Source: Octopus vulgaris (Eukaryota). Taken from it: DNA of 64,000 nt. The notes under the pieces were generated by a model. The model saw nothing but the letters and a program-made list of their open reading frames with translations. It ran no database searches and was not told the origin of the DNA. Shown here piece after piece: positions 36,654 through 50,160 of this stretch. Each line of letters begins with the position of its first letter. Within the stretch, counting starts at the first letter, position 1. Position numbers and translations under genes: made by a program. The stretch is from assembly GCA_951406725.2 (NCBI GenBank), contig OX597814.1, positions 5,890,001 to 5,954,000 on the forward strand, written 5' to 3'.

Positions 36654-36790
36654 CACACATGCACAAACACACACACCCACGTGCACACACACACACACAC
36701 GCACATGCACACATGCACACACATGCACACACACACATGCACACACACACATGCACACACACACACACACATGCACACACACACACGTGC
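36180..36790. repeat. (CA)n/CACATG compound microsatellite
   Basis: Directly visible; begins 15 nt after an exon donor. Confidence 0.97.
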
Positions 36791-36954
36791 ACTTTAAAGG
36801 AACACAAAATACATATAAACTAATGAGTTAACCCCTTCCTCCCCACCACCAGGTAGTAGCAGGAGCAGCAGCAGCAGTAATGTTTTCATTATTAACCATA
36901 GTGGTACCCTTCAAATGATGGGCAATTCTGGAAGTAAAGTATTCCAAGCAGTGA

Positions 36955-36999
<45 letters not shown>

Positions 37000-37319
37000 A
37001 AACATAATTTTCATATGGTGTTTTAGGCATTCACTAGTACAACACTAAGTACAAAACCAAATATATGGCACCCTAGGCATAACACCAACATGAACTTCCA
37101 ACTTGTTGTCTCTTGAGGTCTCTTGTACAAATGTAAAGCAAAAGTCAAACATATAATAATGATGATGATGATGATGATGATGATGACGATGATGACGATG
37201 ATGATGATGGTGGTGGTGGTAGTGGTGGTGATGATGATGATGATGATGAGGATGAGGAGGAGGATGAGGCGGAGGAGGAGGCTTGAAAATGCCATTCTGG
37301 AAAGTTGGTAAATGTAGAG

Positions 37320-37764
37320 AATGCATGGAAGGAGGAGAGCGTGCCAAATGTCGACTGAACTGAGGGATCAGCTCTGCAAATTGGCAATAGCTTGGTAGGT
37401 AAAGCAATTAAGGATATGAAGACAAGAAAAGACCCTGGCCCATTAGGAATCACTGCCGAGATGCTTAAAGTATCTGGTGGAGTTGGACATGGTCTAGTCA
37501 TCCATCTAGTTTCATCAGGTTGTCTACGAGGAAGAGTCATACGCAATGATTGGAGTAGCAACATCGTAGTCAGCTGCTACAAAGGTAAAGGTGACACCTT
37601 GGACAGAAATGATAACGACAACAAAGGTATCAAATTATTGGACCAGGTCATTAAAGTTGCAGAAAGTGTCATGGTTCAAATAATTAGGAAGTGAGTCGGC
37701 CTGGATGAGATGCAGTTCAGTTTTGTTTCTGGGAGAAACACCGTCGATGCTTTCTTCCTGGTAA

Positions 37765-37860
<96 letters not shown>

Positions 37861-39385
37861 GTCAATGCAGAAGCTAGGGTTAGGTGAGTGGGTAGTGAGA
37901 GCAGTACATGCCATGTGCTGGGATGCTGCTAATGCTGTGAGGGTTGGCACTGAGTACAGCAATGAATTCAGGGTACACAGTTCACCAAGGACCAATTCTC
38001 AGCCCCTTCTTGTTTATTATAGTGCTCCATGCCATGAGAAGAAATTTAAGACTTGCTGCCCTTAGGAGCCCCTCTATGAGGATGACCTTGTTCTTATTGC
38101 TGAATCACTACCAGAGTTGAACTAGAGAAGAAATTTCTTGTGTGGAAGCAAAGTCTGGAATCAAAGAGCCTTAGAGTTAATTTAGCAAAGACAAAAGTAT
38201 TGATCAGTAGAAAAACAGACAAATCTCAAATCCCTTCAAGATGGGGGCCCTGTTCAATATGTAAAAAGGTTGGAGGTAGAAATTCCATATGGTGTACCCA
38301 GTGCCATCTAAAGTGCAGCAGTATCATGAGGAGATAAACGGAGATATATAATCCTTGTGTGTGGCAGAGGTGCAGGTTCAAGAAACACCAGGAATGTAGA
38401 GAAAATAAACTTCCTCAAATGTTCTGGGGGATCATTAGAATTAGTAGATGACTAGTTGTGACCAAGATGACCAAATCAGAAGTAGAAGAGGAAATTCTGA
38501 AAGCGTAGTTGCTAGAATGAGAATCGGCAAAGTTCAGAGAGCTGCTGCTTTTGTTGGTAACAAAGAGCCTCTCTCTCTCTCTCGCTCTCTCTCTCAGGAT
38601 GACAGGCAAAATGTATGATGCTCGTGTACATACAGCTATGCCACATGGTAGTGAGACATGGGCTGTGAGTGCTGAGGACATGTAAAGGCTCGAAGGAAAT
38701 GAAGAGAGTCTGCTCCACTGGATGGGTAAAGTGAGTGTGCATATATGAGAGAGTGTAAGGGATTTGAGAGGAAAACTGGGAATACGAGGCATCAGATGCA
38801 AGAGAGGAGAGTATCCTGGTTTGGTCATGTGATGCATATGGATGAGGACAGCTGCATAAAGAGGTGCTGATCTTTAATTGTGAGGCAAGCATGGGAGAAA
38901 GGAACAGAGCCTGGAAGATGCAGGATGAAGTAGTGAGAAACTATTTTCAGATGTTGGGTCTCACATTGGACATTGACAAGGGACCAAGACATCTGGCAAT
39001 CTGCTCGAGAAGAGAGGTCAAGGTCAGTAAAACAATGGCCCTCCATACATCCAGATATGTCCTCCTCTATGTCCCTCCCTCAGCTGAGAGGCCCTTCTTC
39101 CCTGCACGGCTTGCAAGTGCTGCTCTCACTAAAATGCATTCGTACTGGTGCTGTATAACACGGTTTGGGTCAGTGTCACATAGAAGTGCCTGTGTCAGTG
39201 CCGTGTAAAAGCATCCAGTGCATTCTCTGAAGTGATTGGCATTAGGAAGGTCTTTCATCTGTAGAAACAATGCCAAAGTAGACAATTGGAGTCTGGTGCA
39301 GCTCTCCGGCCTTGCCAGCTCCTGTCAAACCATCCAAACCATGCCAGCATGAAAAACAAACGTTAATTGATGATGATGATGATGG
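37320..39385 (+). mobile_element. Decayed RTE-clade LINE (RT to 3' end)
   Basis: KAIKDMK..K.PGP.GITAEMLK, KGKGD...GIKLLD and W.GHV.RM-like segments with stops and frameshifts, ending in a (GAT)n tail. Confidence 0.88.
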
Positions 39386-39879
39386 CAACAATGATGATGG
39401 TGACCACCACCACCAACACCACCCCCACCATTGAGGAAGTTGTTAGTATTTACTGTGGTCTTAGTCCCATTGCAACATATCACAAAAGAACTCAATACAC
39501 GGTATCACAAAAAAAAAGAATAAAGAAACAAAAAAATGAATAAACTTTCTTTACATTTGCTGTCTCAGAAGATTCTTAAGATTTGGCCATATTGGTGCCA
39601 TCTCTTGTAAAATACCATTTTATAGTTAAGTCTTTTGATGTTGTGGCTTTGATTCCCATTCAATTTTTATTAGAAATCAATAAAATAAAATAACCGTCAA
39701 ATGTTGTGGTTAATGTCATTGACCCGTCCTTGTAACTTTTGACTTTCTGCTGACTCAGGCTGGAAGCTAATAATCATCGATCTTTAACTCATTAATTATG
39801 GATTGACATATTTCTTTAATTATAACACTTTCTTTTTCTGCTTTTCTCATTTTTTTTTTTTTTTCGTTTTTTTTTGTAG

Positions 39880-39977
39880 AAACAACAACAACATCAACAC
39901 CAATGGCAGGAAATGAAAAGAAAGAATCTGCTTCCCATCCGCATCAATCAACAGACATCAGACGCCAAGAACTTTGA
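39880..39977 (+). CDS. TXNDC16: TXNDC16-like terminal coding exon ([10 protein letters not shown]...DIRRQEL*)
   Basis: Very long poly-T tract plus GTAG acceptor, phase 1, stop TGA at 39975-39977 after the KDEL-like RQEL. Confidence 0.85.
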
Positions 39978-40029
39978 ACTCACAACCTGGAACACTTCAA
40001 CAACAATGCTTTCTGATCTCATCTTTTGG

Positions 40030-40034
<5 letters not shown>

Positions 40035-40077
<43 letters not shown>

Positions 40078-40083
40078 ACATGT

Positions 40084-40142
<59 letters not shown>

Positions 40143-40170
40143 GATAAATCTCAGAGCGAGTTATAATATG

Positions 40171-40210
<40 letters not shown>

Positions 40211-40580
40211 CATATGTTTATATATATATATATATACATGTTTATATATATATATAAACATATGTATGTGTATATATATATAAACATGTATGTATATATA
40301 TATATATGAACATATGTATGTGTATATATATATGTATATATATGTATATATATATATATACATATACATACCTATTTATGCATATATATTTATATATATA
40401 TATGAATTCATCTAATTTATATATAAGGATATATGTATGTATATATATACATATATATATACATGTATATATGAATATATATATGTGTGTATATATATAT
40501 ATGTATATATATATATACATATATACATGTATGCATATGAATATATATATATGTGTGTGTGTGTGTATATATATGTGTTG

Positions 40581-40612
<32 letters not shown>

Positions 40613-40660
40613 CATGTATGCATATGAATATATATGTGTGTGTGTATATATATATATATG
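40035..40660. repeat. (AT)n/(GT)n compound microsatellite in the probable 3' UTR
   Basis: Directly visible. Confidence 0.95.
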
Positions 40661-40730
40661 ATTATCATTTAACGTCCACTTCGATGATGATGATCTTCCA
40701 TGCTTGCATGGCTCAGATGGGATTTCTTAC

Positions 40731-40799
40731 AATAAAGAGCAAACATCGTCTTTGTCATAACACAACCGGTACATGTTATTATCTTCAGAGCAAAATAAA
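40731..40799 (+). promoter_or_regulatory. Candidate polyadenylation signals of the TXNDC16-like gene
   Basis: AATAAA at 40731 and 40794 with T-rich sequence downstream. The hexamer is common in AT-rich DNA. Confidence 0.3.
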
Positions 40800-41470
40800 T
40801 AAAATTTTATTCTCTATTTTTGGGTTTTATACTTTTGTGATTGAGTTGCAGGTCTTCAATGATATTCCTTCAACAACAGAACTGAGGGGAGAGTCCTGGA
40901 AGGAAGGTTCTACAGATTAAATACAAGTATGGAAGGTACATTATTTACATTTGATGGATATAGAACAGAAATATGGAAGGCCATTACTAAGGGAAATAAC
41001 TTCAACTGACTAAATTTATCTTTGCAATTAGGACATATAAACGTCCTCTAGGACTGATTCAAATCTAAAAATCACCACCAAGGGAGTTAGCTTTTAAAAT
41101 ATCAGACCAAATTTTTAGAAAATAAAGACAGCTGATAGGAGAGGGAATATTGTTTTTTTAAAACCAAGGGGAGAAAGTGATAGAAGGCAAAGGAAATCAA
41201 TATGCATCGATGTGTGTGCTGCATGGCCAATGCCAGTACACTCTGACTGGCCCCCATGTCGGTGGTACGCAAAAAGCACTCACTACACACATTAGGAACG
41301 GCATCCAGCTGTAGAAACATTGCCAGATCAGACTGGAGCCTGGTGCAGCCTCCATGGCTTACCAGACCTCAGTCAAACCGTCCAATCCATGCCTGCATGG
41401 AAAGCAGATGTTAAATGATGATGATGATAATGATGACACACATACATACATACATACATACATACATACA

Positions 41471-41506
<36 letters not shown>

Positions 41507-41560
41507 TATATATGTACAGACATACACACGTACTTTTGAAAGTGCATGTATATGCACACA

Positions 41561-41605
<45 letters not shown>

Positions 41606-42529
41606 ACACACACATACACACACACACATACACACACACATACACACACACACATACACACACACACATACACACACACAAAGCAGTAAAGCTTTTTGAC
41701 TTTGGGTTTCATGTTTTTGATCATTGAATGGAATTATAAAAAAAAAAAAGAAAAGAGAAATAGGGTGCCAATAAAGAATCAAAATATTTGTAAACCCATT
41801 AAACTGAGATTAGTCAAAGAGATTTGATTGATTACCAAAATATTATTTAGAAAATATGTCAACAATCTATTTATTCATTTATCCTACACAGAACACATGC
41901 TATACACATTTATTCACAGACAAAAGTATGATATTTTTCTGCATTAAGTATCATGCGCATAAACCACACAAAGGTAAGGAAGTTGACTACTGCTAAGAAC
42001 TTTTTAATATTAATAGCAGGGGCTACTAACTCCAAGATTCCGAGTGACCTGAATAATAATGACCATTCCTAAATACAACAACATCTGTTTCAACACACGC
42101 TTTCACATCAAGAATCTTGCAAAACAAATATATAAATTTAGTATAAAAGCAATATTTATTAACAATGATACCTGGAGTTACATCTAAGGGAGTTAACTGT
42201 AGAAGTAGATTCGTTTAATGGTATTATTGGAGGAATACATTTTTGTGTGTGTTAAGGAACCTCTTCCTGACAGAACTAATCGTGTGACCATTCAAGCCAG
42301 AATTGACTACCATGACAACAGAGATGGAACTTTACACAGAGGAATATCTCTCAAAGAAATCAAAGATCATCAGAAACCCCAATTCTCTCATATGACCCCC
42401 ACCTCGTGGTTCCATTAAACAATTTGCAAAACAAAATAGGGAGGAATGAAAGTGCTAATAAGAATGAAGAAATAAAAGGATTTTTTCCAAAATTCTGACG
42501 ACTTTTTTCTCAATATTCAATTCTGAACA

Positions 42530-42560
42530 TCACACACACACACACTAGACACACACACTA

Positions 42561-42600
<40 letters not shown>

Positions 42601-42612
42601 ACACACACACTA

Positions 42613-42709
<97 letters not shown>

Positions 42710-42725
42710 ACACACACACACACAT

Positions 42726-42802
<77 letters not shown>

Positions 42803-42822
42803 AACACACACACACACACACG

Positions 42823-42852
<30 letters not shown>
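42530..42852. repeat. (CA)n microsatellite
   Basis: Directly visible. Confidence 0.97.
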
Positions 42853-42853
<1 letters not shown>

Positions 42854-43360
42854 GTGTGTGTGTGTATCATATCAATGTATTTGTGTCTTTGTGCTTGTAG
42901 TATGGGGAACTGTAATATGAAGAAGAAAGTGTGATCCACCCACCTCTTGACTTTCCTGCTGGTTGAAATCAGAGACGTGCTCTACTTGTCTGACCAATCA
43001 GTAGAACCTACGCTAATTCCCTTTCTAGCTCTCACATGTCTACACATGTCCATCCACTCCCTGTGCCCGAGGCCAGAGAGGCCCATGCTGGCCCTACTTC
43101 TGCCCATGTCCTCACCTACTTTTCTTCTTCTGGTAGGGCCCCTCAGCCATTGATGTCACTGACCCTTTTCGTCCAGTTCACCTCCCCACCTACAGTGTCT
43201 GTTTGTTCCCCACCATTGTTTGACAACCGGTGTTGGTGTGTTTATGTCCCCAAAATTTAATGGTCTGGCAAAATAAAGAGTACTGGAGTCAATTCATTTG
43301 ACTATAATTAGCATAGTCACCGTTTAATTACTGAAACAAGTAATATATACATATATACAT

Positions 43361-43394
<34 letters not shown>

Positions 43395-43395
43395 G

Positions 43396-43436
<41 letters not shown>

Positions 43437-44329
43437 TCATAAATGAGGGTGAAAAATTAGATATTAATTTAATAATACCATCAGTTTAACACCAAGTGGC
43501 CTAGCACATAAAAACCAGGGAGACAATACATATTTATACGTAAACATAAGAGAGTTACCGTTAAGTGGTTAACTCTAGTGCTAAAAATAGCTCCTTATTC
43601 TGGTATAGCCACCGAAGTTGTTTCCACAAAGAGATAACATTACCTTCAACGTAAGGAAAGCGAAATACAACAAAAAGATAGATTAATGCTGAACAATTGT
43701 TTCTTTTTCAATATAATATGCAATTATGCTCACATATTTATCTATAAGTCATCAGCAGCATTTGTCTTCGATACAATTTATTAGACCCTCACGGGCGACA
43801 AATACCCATGCGGTCCAACTGATTGCATACATAGTTGTGATTTTAGGTTCCCCGCCAAAAGCATAGTAAGACTAGTGGAAACGAATACTAAAATCAACAG
43901 GTATGATGTGAAGTTAACATACGCAACCTTCCACACTAAATAACACAAAAGTAAATAAAAGCAAGAACACTCAGAGAGCACAAACCTCTGCCAAGGCAAC
44001 AACAATGTCCTCTCAATGATTTGCCAGAGGGGATTTTTAAAATGAGAATATCTGAAATAAACTCGACTGTTCTCACAAATGAGAATACCAAAAATGAACC
44101 TGACCACTCTCAAAAATTAAGTAAAAAAAAACAAGAAAAGTAGTTCAGAATCCTTGTTTGGTACTGGGTCTGTGCTAAAACTAAAGTTTTAATAAGTAGG
44201 AAATAAGACAGCATATTACTACCAGCAAGAGAATGACTGCATATACACTCTGTACTTGACTAACACTTACTTTCTGAAACATATGTATGTTGAATTCTAA
44301 CATCAGGTTATTAGAATTGCTGTAGCCAA

Positions 44330-46290
44330 GAGAAGCCCATCAAGAATCACCACTGGGATGCTTAAAATACCAGGCTGAGTGGGATATGATCTGGTCACCT
44401 GTATAGTCAAACAGGTCGTCCATGGAAGGAGTCCAATGACTTGTGTAGCAACATTATAGTCAACTGCTACAAAGGTAAAGATGATGCCCCAGAGAGGAAT
44501 AATTACAGAGACATCAAGTTGCTGGACCAGGTGATGAAAGTTGCTGAAAGGGTCTTAGCTCAATTAATTAAGGGGAGAGTTAGTATAGATAAAATGCAGT
44601 TTGGATTTGTGCCTGGCTGGAGCATGACTGATGTTGTATTCCTGGTTAGGTGACTGCAGGAGAAATACCTGGCCAAAAATAAACCTCTGTATTTTGGCTT
44701 TTGTTGATATGGAGAAAACCTTTCAACAGGGTCCTCCTACCTCCTTATCTGGTGGCCAATATAGATGCCAGAGATAGATGAGTGGTTGGGGAGAGCTGTA
44801 GAAGACACGTATAGGGATGCCGTTGGTAAGGTGAGGGTTGGCAATGAGTATAGCAATGAGTTTAGTGTAGAAGTAAAGAGTCCACCAGGGTTCGGTTCTT
44901 AGACCCCCTCTTATTTATCATAGTCCTCCAAGCTATAAATGGGGAATTTAAGACTGGCTGTCCTCGGGAGCTCCTCAATGCTGATGACCTTGTTCTTATC
45001 TCTGAATTTCAGCCTGAACTAGTGAAGAAATTTCAGGTATGGAAGCAAGATCTGGAATCAATTAATTTAGCAAAGATCAAAGTATTGATAAGTAGGAAAA
45101 CAAATAAATCACAGATCCCTTCTGGGATCAATATGCAGAAAAGTTGTCTGGAGTTGGTGTACCAAGTGCAAGCTATGGGCACATAAGAGGTGCAGCAGTC
45201 TTCTTCTTCTAGCACTCTGTCGGTTACGACGATGAGGGTTCCAGTTGATCTGAATCAACGGAACAGCCTGCTCATGAAATTAACGTGTAAGTGGCTGAGC
45301 ACTCCACAGGCACGTGCACCCTTAACGTAGTTCTCGGGGATATTCAGCGTGACACAGAGAGTGACAAGGCCGGCCCCCTTGAAATACAGGTACAACAGAA
45401 ACAGGAAGTAAGAGTGAGAGAAAGTTGTGGTGAAAGAGTACAGCAGGGATCACCACCATCCCCTGCCGGAGACTCGTAGAGCTTTTAGGTGTTTTCGCTC
45501 AATAAACACTCACAACGCCCGGTCTGGGAATCGAAACCGCGATCCTATGACTGCGAGTCCGCTGCCCTAACCACTGGGCCATTGTGCCTCCACGGTGCAG
45601 CAGTATCACTGGGTGACTAACAGAGAAAGTAGTCCTTACATGTGGCAGATGTGCAGCTCCATTAAACACCTGGAATACACAAAAAACAGCCTCCCTCAAA
45701 TGTCAGAGTGTATCCTCGGAAGTGGTAGAGAGTTTGTTACTTAGGTGACCAGGTTAGCAGAGGTGGAGGTTGTTCTGAAAGCATAGCTGCTAGAATGAGA
45801 ACAGGCTGGGCAGAGGTTAGAGAGCTACTACCTCTGTTGGTAACAAAGGACTTCCCTCTTGGAGTGAAAAGCAGATTGTATGATGCCAGTGTATGAACGG
45901 CTATGCTACGTGGCAGTGAAACATGGGCTGTGACTATTGAGGACATGTGAAGGTTTGAAAGAAATGAAGCCAGTATGCTCTGCTGGATGGGTGATGTCAG
46001 TGTGTATATATGGCAGATTTGAGAAAGAACTTGGTATATGAGACATCAAATGTAGTGTGCAAGAGAGGAGACTGCACTGGTACGGTCATGTGATGCGTAT
46101 AAATGAAGATAGCTGCATTGAAGAAGTAGACCCAGGAAGATGTGGTACAAAGTGGTGAGAAAGGATCTTCAGATTTTGGGTCTCACAAAGGGGATGACAA
46201 GGGGCCAAGTCTCCTAGTGGATTGCTGTGCTTGAGAAGACACATCAAGATAAGTAAAATTGTGGTTCTCCTTGCACACAGATATGGCCCC
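44330..46290 (+). mobile_element. Decayed RTE-clade LINE, interrupted by a SINE
   Basis: YKGKDD...NYRDIKLLD...MQFGFVPG and later ADDL-like segments, colinear with the 37320 copy. Confidence 0.88.
45200..45593 (-). mobile_element. SINE family B, tail type 2, nested in an RTE LINE, 11-bp TSD
   Basis: GGTGCAGCAGT at 45189-45199 and 45594-45604, with an (AGA)n tail. Confidence 0.9.
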
Positions 46291-46370
46291 TGCGTCTCTC
46301 TTCAGCTGAGTGATCCTAATGTTGCAGGCCCATTCTTCTTCTTCTTCTTCTTCTTCTTCTTCTTCTTCTT

Positions 46371-46432
<62 letters not shown>

Positions 46433-46870
46433 GTAAAGGAGTTTGGTTTGGCCCCATGGGAGCCAGTCACACTCAGATGGTGTTCTTAATGTTCCACTGG
46501 CATGAGTGCCAATCAGGTGGTACTGTCATCGCCCACGTCAGCGATTTTGGTTTGTTTACACTTGCCTCAATAGGTCTTTGCAAGCAAGGTTTATTGTCCA
46601 ATGAATGAAGGGTACTCATAAGTGGGCTGGTTATACACCAATGGCATAAGCCATGGGCTATGTGCTTTTAACGTTCCAATGGCATGAGTGCAATCAGCAG
46701 TACATGTTGTGTGCTGCGTCAGCGATTTTGATGTCACTTGCCTCACTTTGCAAGCAAGGTTTATTGTTCAACAAATGAAGGGTATATAGTGGGCTTACAC
46801 ACACATATATATGTGCATAAGTGTGCACATGCACACACACACACACATATGTGTATGTGTGTGTGTATAC

Positions 46871-46922
<52 letters not shown>

Positions 46923-46932
46923 AGCAGTATAT

Positions 46933-46969
<37 letters not shown>

Positions 46970-46972
<3 letters not shown>

Positions 46973-47083
46973 AATATAAGAGGGAATTTTTTTAACCACT
47001 ATGTGGAAACCCTTATGCTAGAAGAAGATCTTTTAGCATAATGGTTTCCACATAGTGGTTAAAAAATTCCCTCTTATATTTAT
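46970..47083. repeat. Near-perfect hairpin with a stem of about 54 bp
   Basis: ataaatataagagggaattttt..aaccactatgtggaaacc..tatgcta pairs with tagcata..ggtttccacatagtggttaaaaaattccctcttatatttat. Confidence 0.9.
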
Positions 47084-47201
47084 GTATGAAAAACTATTTA
47101 CTGAATCTCAGTTTTTTTTTATATGCTAGACCACTGGTGTTAAAATTGATGTTATCTAATTAATATTCAATTTTTTCATCCTCATTTTGATTTTAATTTT
47201 A

Positions 47202-47242
<41 letters not shown>

Positions 47243-47385
47243 TAAATTAGAGATAAAACCACTATTAGGCAAATCAAACAGTGAAAAACATAAGCCAATA
47301 CATAAAATTAATTTAAAAATATAAAAATAAAAAATAAAAAATTATTTAAATAATTTAAACTTATAAATTTTATATATATATACAA

Positions 47386-47417
<32 letters not shown>

Positions 47418-47850
47418 ATTTTTATATATATATATTATTTAATTAATTAATTAATTTTTTTTTTAATATATCAAAAGTATTAAAAGTTTAATAAAAGATA
47501 AAGAATTAAAGAGTAAAACACATATATATATGTACATACACACGCACATATATATGCATATATACGTATATACATATGTGTGTGGCTTTGTAACAATTAT
47601 CTTTGTTGTTTTTTATCTTTGTTCATATTTTTATATTGTGTGTGTTTCGTTGCTGCCATCTGCCATTTTCTCCATAGTTATCAACTGACCACATGGAGTT
47701 TCTCAACCAAAGCCATTAAAAGAGAACTTTGACTTTCTAACAGGAACATCACATGTCCTCAAGAATACACTGCCTGTCTGTCTGACAAAGACACAGACAA
47801 CAACAACAACAACAACAACAGCAGCAGCAGTAGCAGCAGCAACATCAAAC

Positions 47851-47922
47851 ATGTCACAGAATATCATTGTATTGTTACTGTTTTGTGTTGGAACTGTTGG
47901 TGCCATACCAATAAAGTCTGAG
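47851..47922 (+). CDS. Astacin-like metalloprotease, first coding exon, signal peptide (MSQNIIVLLLFCVGTVGAIPIKSE)
   Basis: AAACATG start, hydrophobic core and VGA|IP cleavage-like site, GAG|GTATTT donor, phase 0. Confidence 0.82.
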
Positions 47923-48202
47923 GTATTTTAGTTTTCTTCTTCATAATTCCAACTCTTTTTTCTCTCTTAGTTTTTATTATTTAACAGCGAAATTTGGATT
48001 AGTTTCAGAATAAATATCTCAGGGACACCATCTGTATGAAAAAAACAACAATTCAGTCATTTTGTTAACATAAATAATCTAAATAATCTAAATAATCTAA
48101 AAAGCATTTGTAAGCTAACTTGAAATATATATGTGGTGGTTAAAAAAACATCAGTCACTCACTAATATTATTTTCATTTTTGCTGGCAAGTATGGGAGAA
48201 AA

Positions 48203-48244
48203 CTCTGGACATGTTTTGGTCTTATTCTGACCTTATCAACGAAA
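48203..48244 (-). ncRNA. Decayed hammerhead-like motif, U3-A8 variant (G12 mutated)
   Basis: Minus strand reads UUUCG-UUGAUAA-GGUC(7-nt loop)GACC-AAA-ACAUGU-C-CAGAG. Confidence 0.5.
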
Positions 48245-48844
48245 CATGGTTTTAACCATATTTGATTAAACAATAATGACTGAATTTACAATTAAATGCA
48301 TTAGATTAAGATAATAGTTTAAAAGAAAAAGTAGAATCGTTTAAGGATACATAACTTAGGGATGACATCTGCATAAGAAGAACAATTTCGTTAAATTAGT
48401 CTAATGGATTTAGGGTGATATCTTATTTTATGTTTTTATGTTCTGAGTTCAAATTGTCCCATGGTCAAGTTTGACTCTCAGTCTTTCAGGGTCAATAAGA
48501 CAAGTTCATCTGATTGTGCCTTCTCTCAGCAACTAAGGTGAACTTGTGTCAATATTGAAAGACACTATTACATGGCTTTCAGAGAACAGCAGGAGGGTAG
48601 ACAAACGGTTAAACAGAAAGGTTGCTGGTAGACAAAAGGTGTTCTATTTAATTCCTTTCGGTTCTGGGTTCAAATCCTATCAATGTCAAGTTTATGTTTC
48701 ATCCTTTTGAGGTCAATAAAGTACCAGCCATATGCTGGGGTCAATTATAGTCTCCCTTCAAATATTACAATCTTATCTCTAATTAAAAATTCATTATTAA
48801 ACATAATATTCATATTAAATATATTGAATATTTTTTTCTTGCAG

Positions 48845-48863
48845 TTTGAATATTTGCCTGAAG
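48845..48863 (+). CDS. Astacin-like gene 19-nt microexon (FEYLPE)
   Basis: ttttcttgcag acceptor and AAG|GTAAGA donor. Supplies the phase 0 to 1 change needed between exons 1 and 3. Confidence 0.75.
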
Positions 48864-48945
48864 GTAAGATATTTTTTAAATTTCCTGTTTTTATGTTTTT
48901 TGGCAAACAAACATTATAAACATGTAATACACACACACACACACA

Positions 48946-49026
<81 letters not shown>

Positions 49027-49059
49027 ACAGACACACACACACACACACACACAGAATAA

Positions 49060-50160
49060 CAGGCATCCATTGGTCTCGATAGACGTTTGATCCGTGCCTG
49101 GAGAATTTGCGCCAGCTGCTGATGGTGGAGCAGTGCCTCCTGTGCCACCACAGGCCCACGTGGCAGTTGCTCTCATCTACACAGTGACTGCATTTGAAGA
49201 AGCTCTCTACTGGCACCACTGGCTTTACCGTTCTTTGGATGCAACTCTACTTTTGGAAAGTTCCAGATTCTCTTCCCCTCACTCCATCTCCAAGTATTTG
49301 TCTTCAGCGACCATTTGTTCTCATCTCAGGACATCCTCTCATCTCCTCTCACCTCAGGACATTCAAATCTATCGACTTCATATCTCTCTTGCAGACATCC
49401 TTGAAACAAAGATGAGGTTGTCCTCATGCTCTTGTGCTGGTGGCCAATTCCTCATGCAAGAGGTCTTTTAGGCTCCTCCTGTCTGGGTTATGATATGCAT
49501 GCATTAGGAAGGGCATCCAGCTGTAGAAACTCTGCCAGTGATGATAGAACTGAGATCGGTGAATTCATGGACTGCCTCCAGCTTGTAGTTGTTGATGGTG
49601 GTATGGTGGTCTTCAGGCCAATCGTCAGGCTAAATTCCTGACAAGCCTTTCAGAGTTTTGTCCAGAGTGCGCTGTCAGTACTGTGTCATTTGTGAACAGA
49701 ATTTCTCTGATGAGTTCCTGGCACAGCCTGGATTTTGCTTTCTGCCTCAACAGACTAAACAGTTTACTGTCTGATCTGGTGTTAAGGTAAACACCATCAG
49801 TTGATGCCTTAAATGTATGTTTCAGCATGACTGCAAAGAAGATGCCAAACTGGGTGGAAGCCAGCACACAGCCCTGCTTCATGCCTCTAAGTACGTTGAA
49901 TGCCTCTGAAGAAAAACCATCAAATTGAATGACATCTTTCATATCCACATGAAACAAATGGACAATCCTGAGAAGTCTTGGAGGGCAGCCAATCTTGGCA
50001 AGGATTTTGAGCAGGCCATCTCTACTAACTAGGTCAAGAGCCATTTTAAGGTAAAAAAAAGATGATGAAGGGTGGTTACCTTTGCTCTTGGCACTTCTGC
50101 AGCTGACAAAGAGAGAAGATTGTGTCGATGGTGGAGCGTTCTCACCTGAAACCTAAAAGC
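49060..50160 (-). mobile_element. BovB-like RTE LINE remnants (RT at 49625-50150; C-terminal Zn-finger-like end at 49100-49215)
   Basis: DLVSRDGL.KIL.KIGCPP...GMKQGCVLA...R.D.KLF and FKCSHC...HVGL..HRRHC. Confidence 0.8.
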
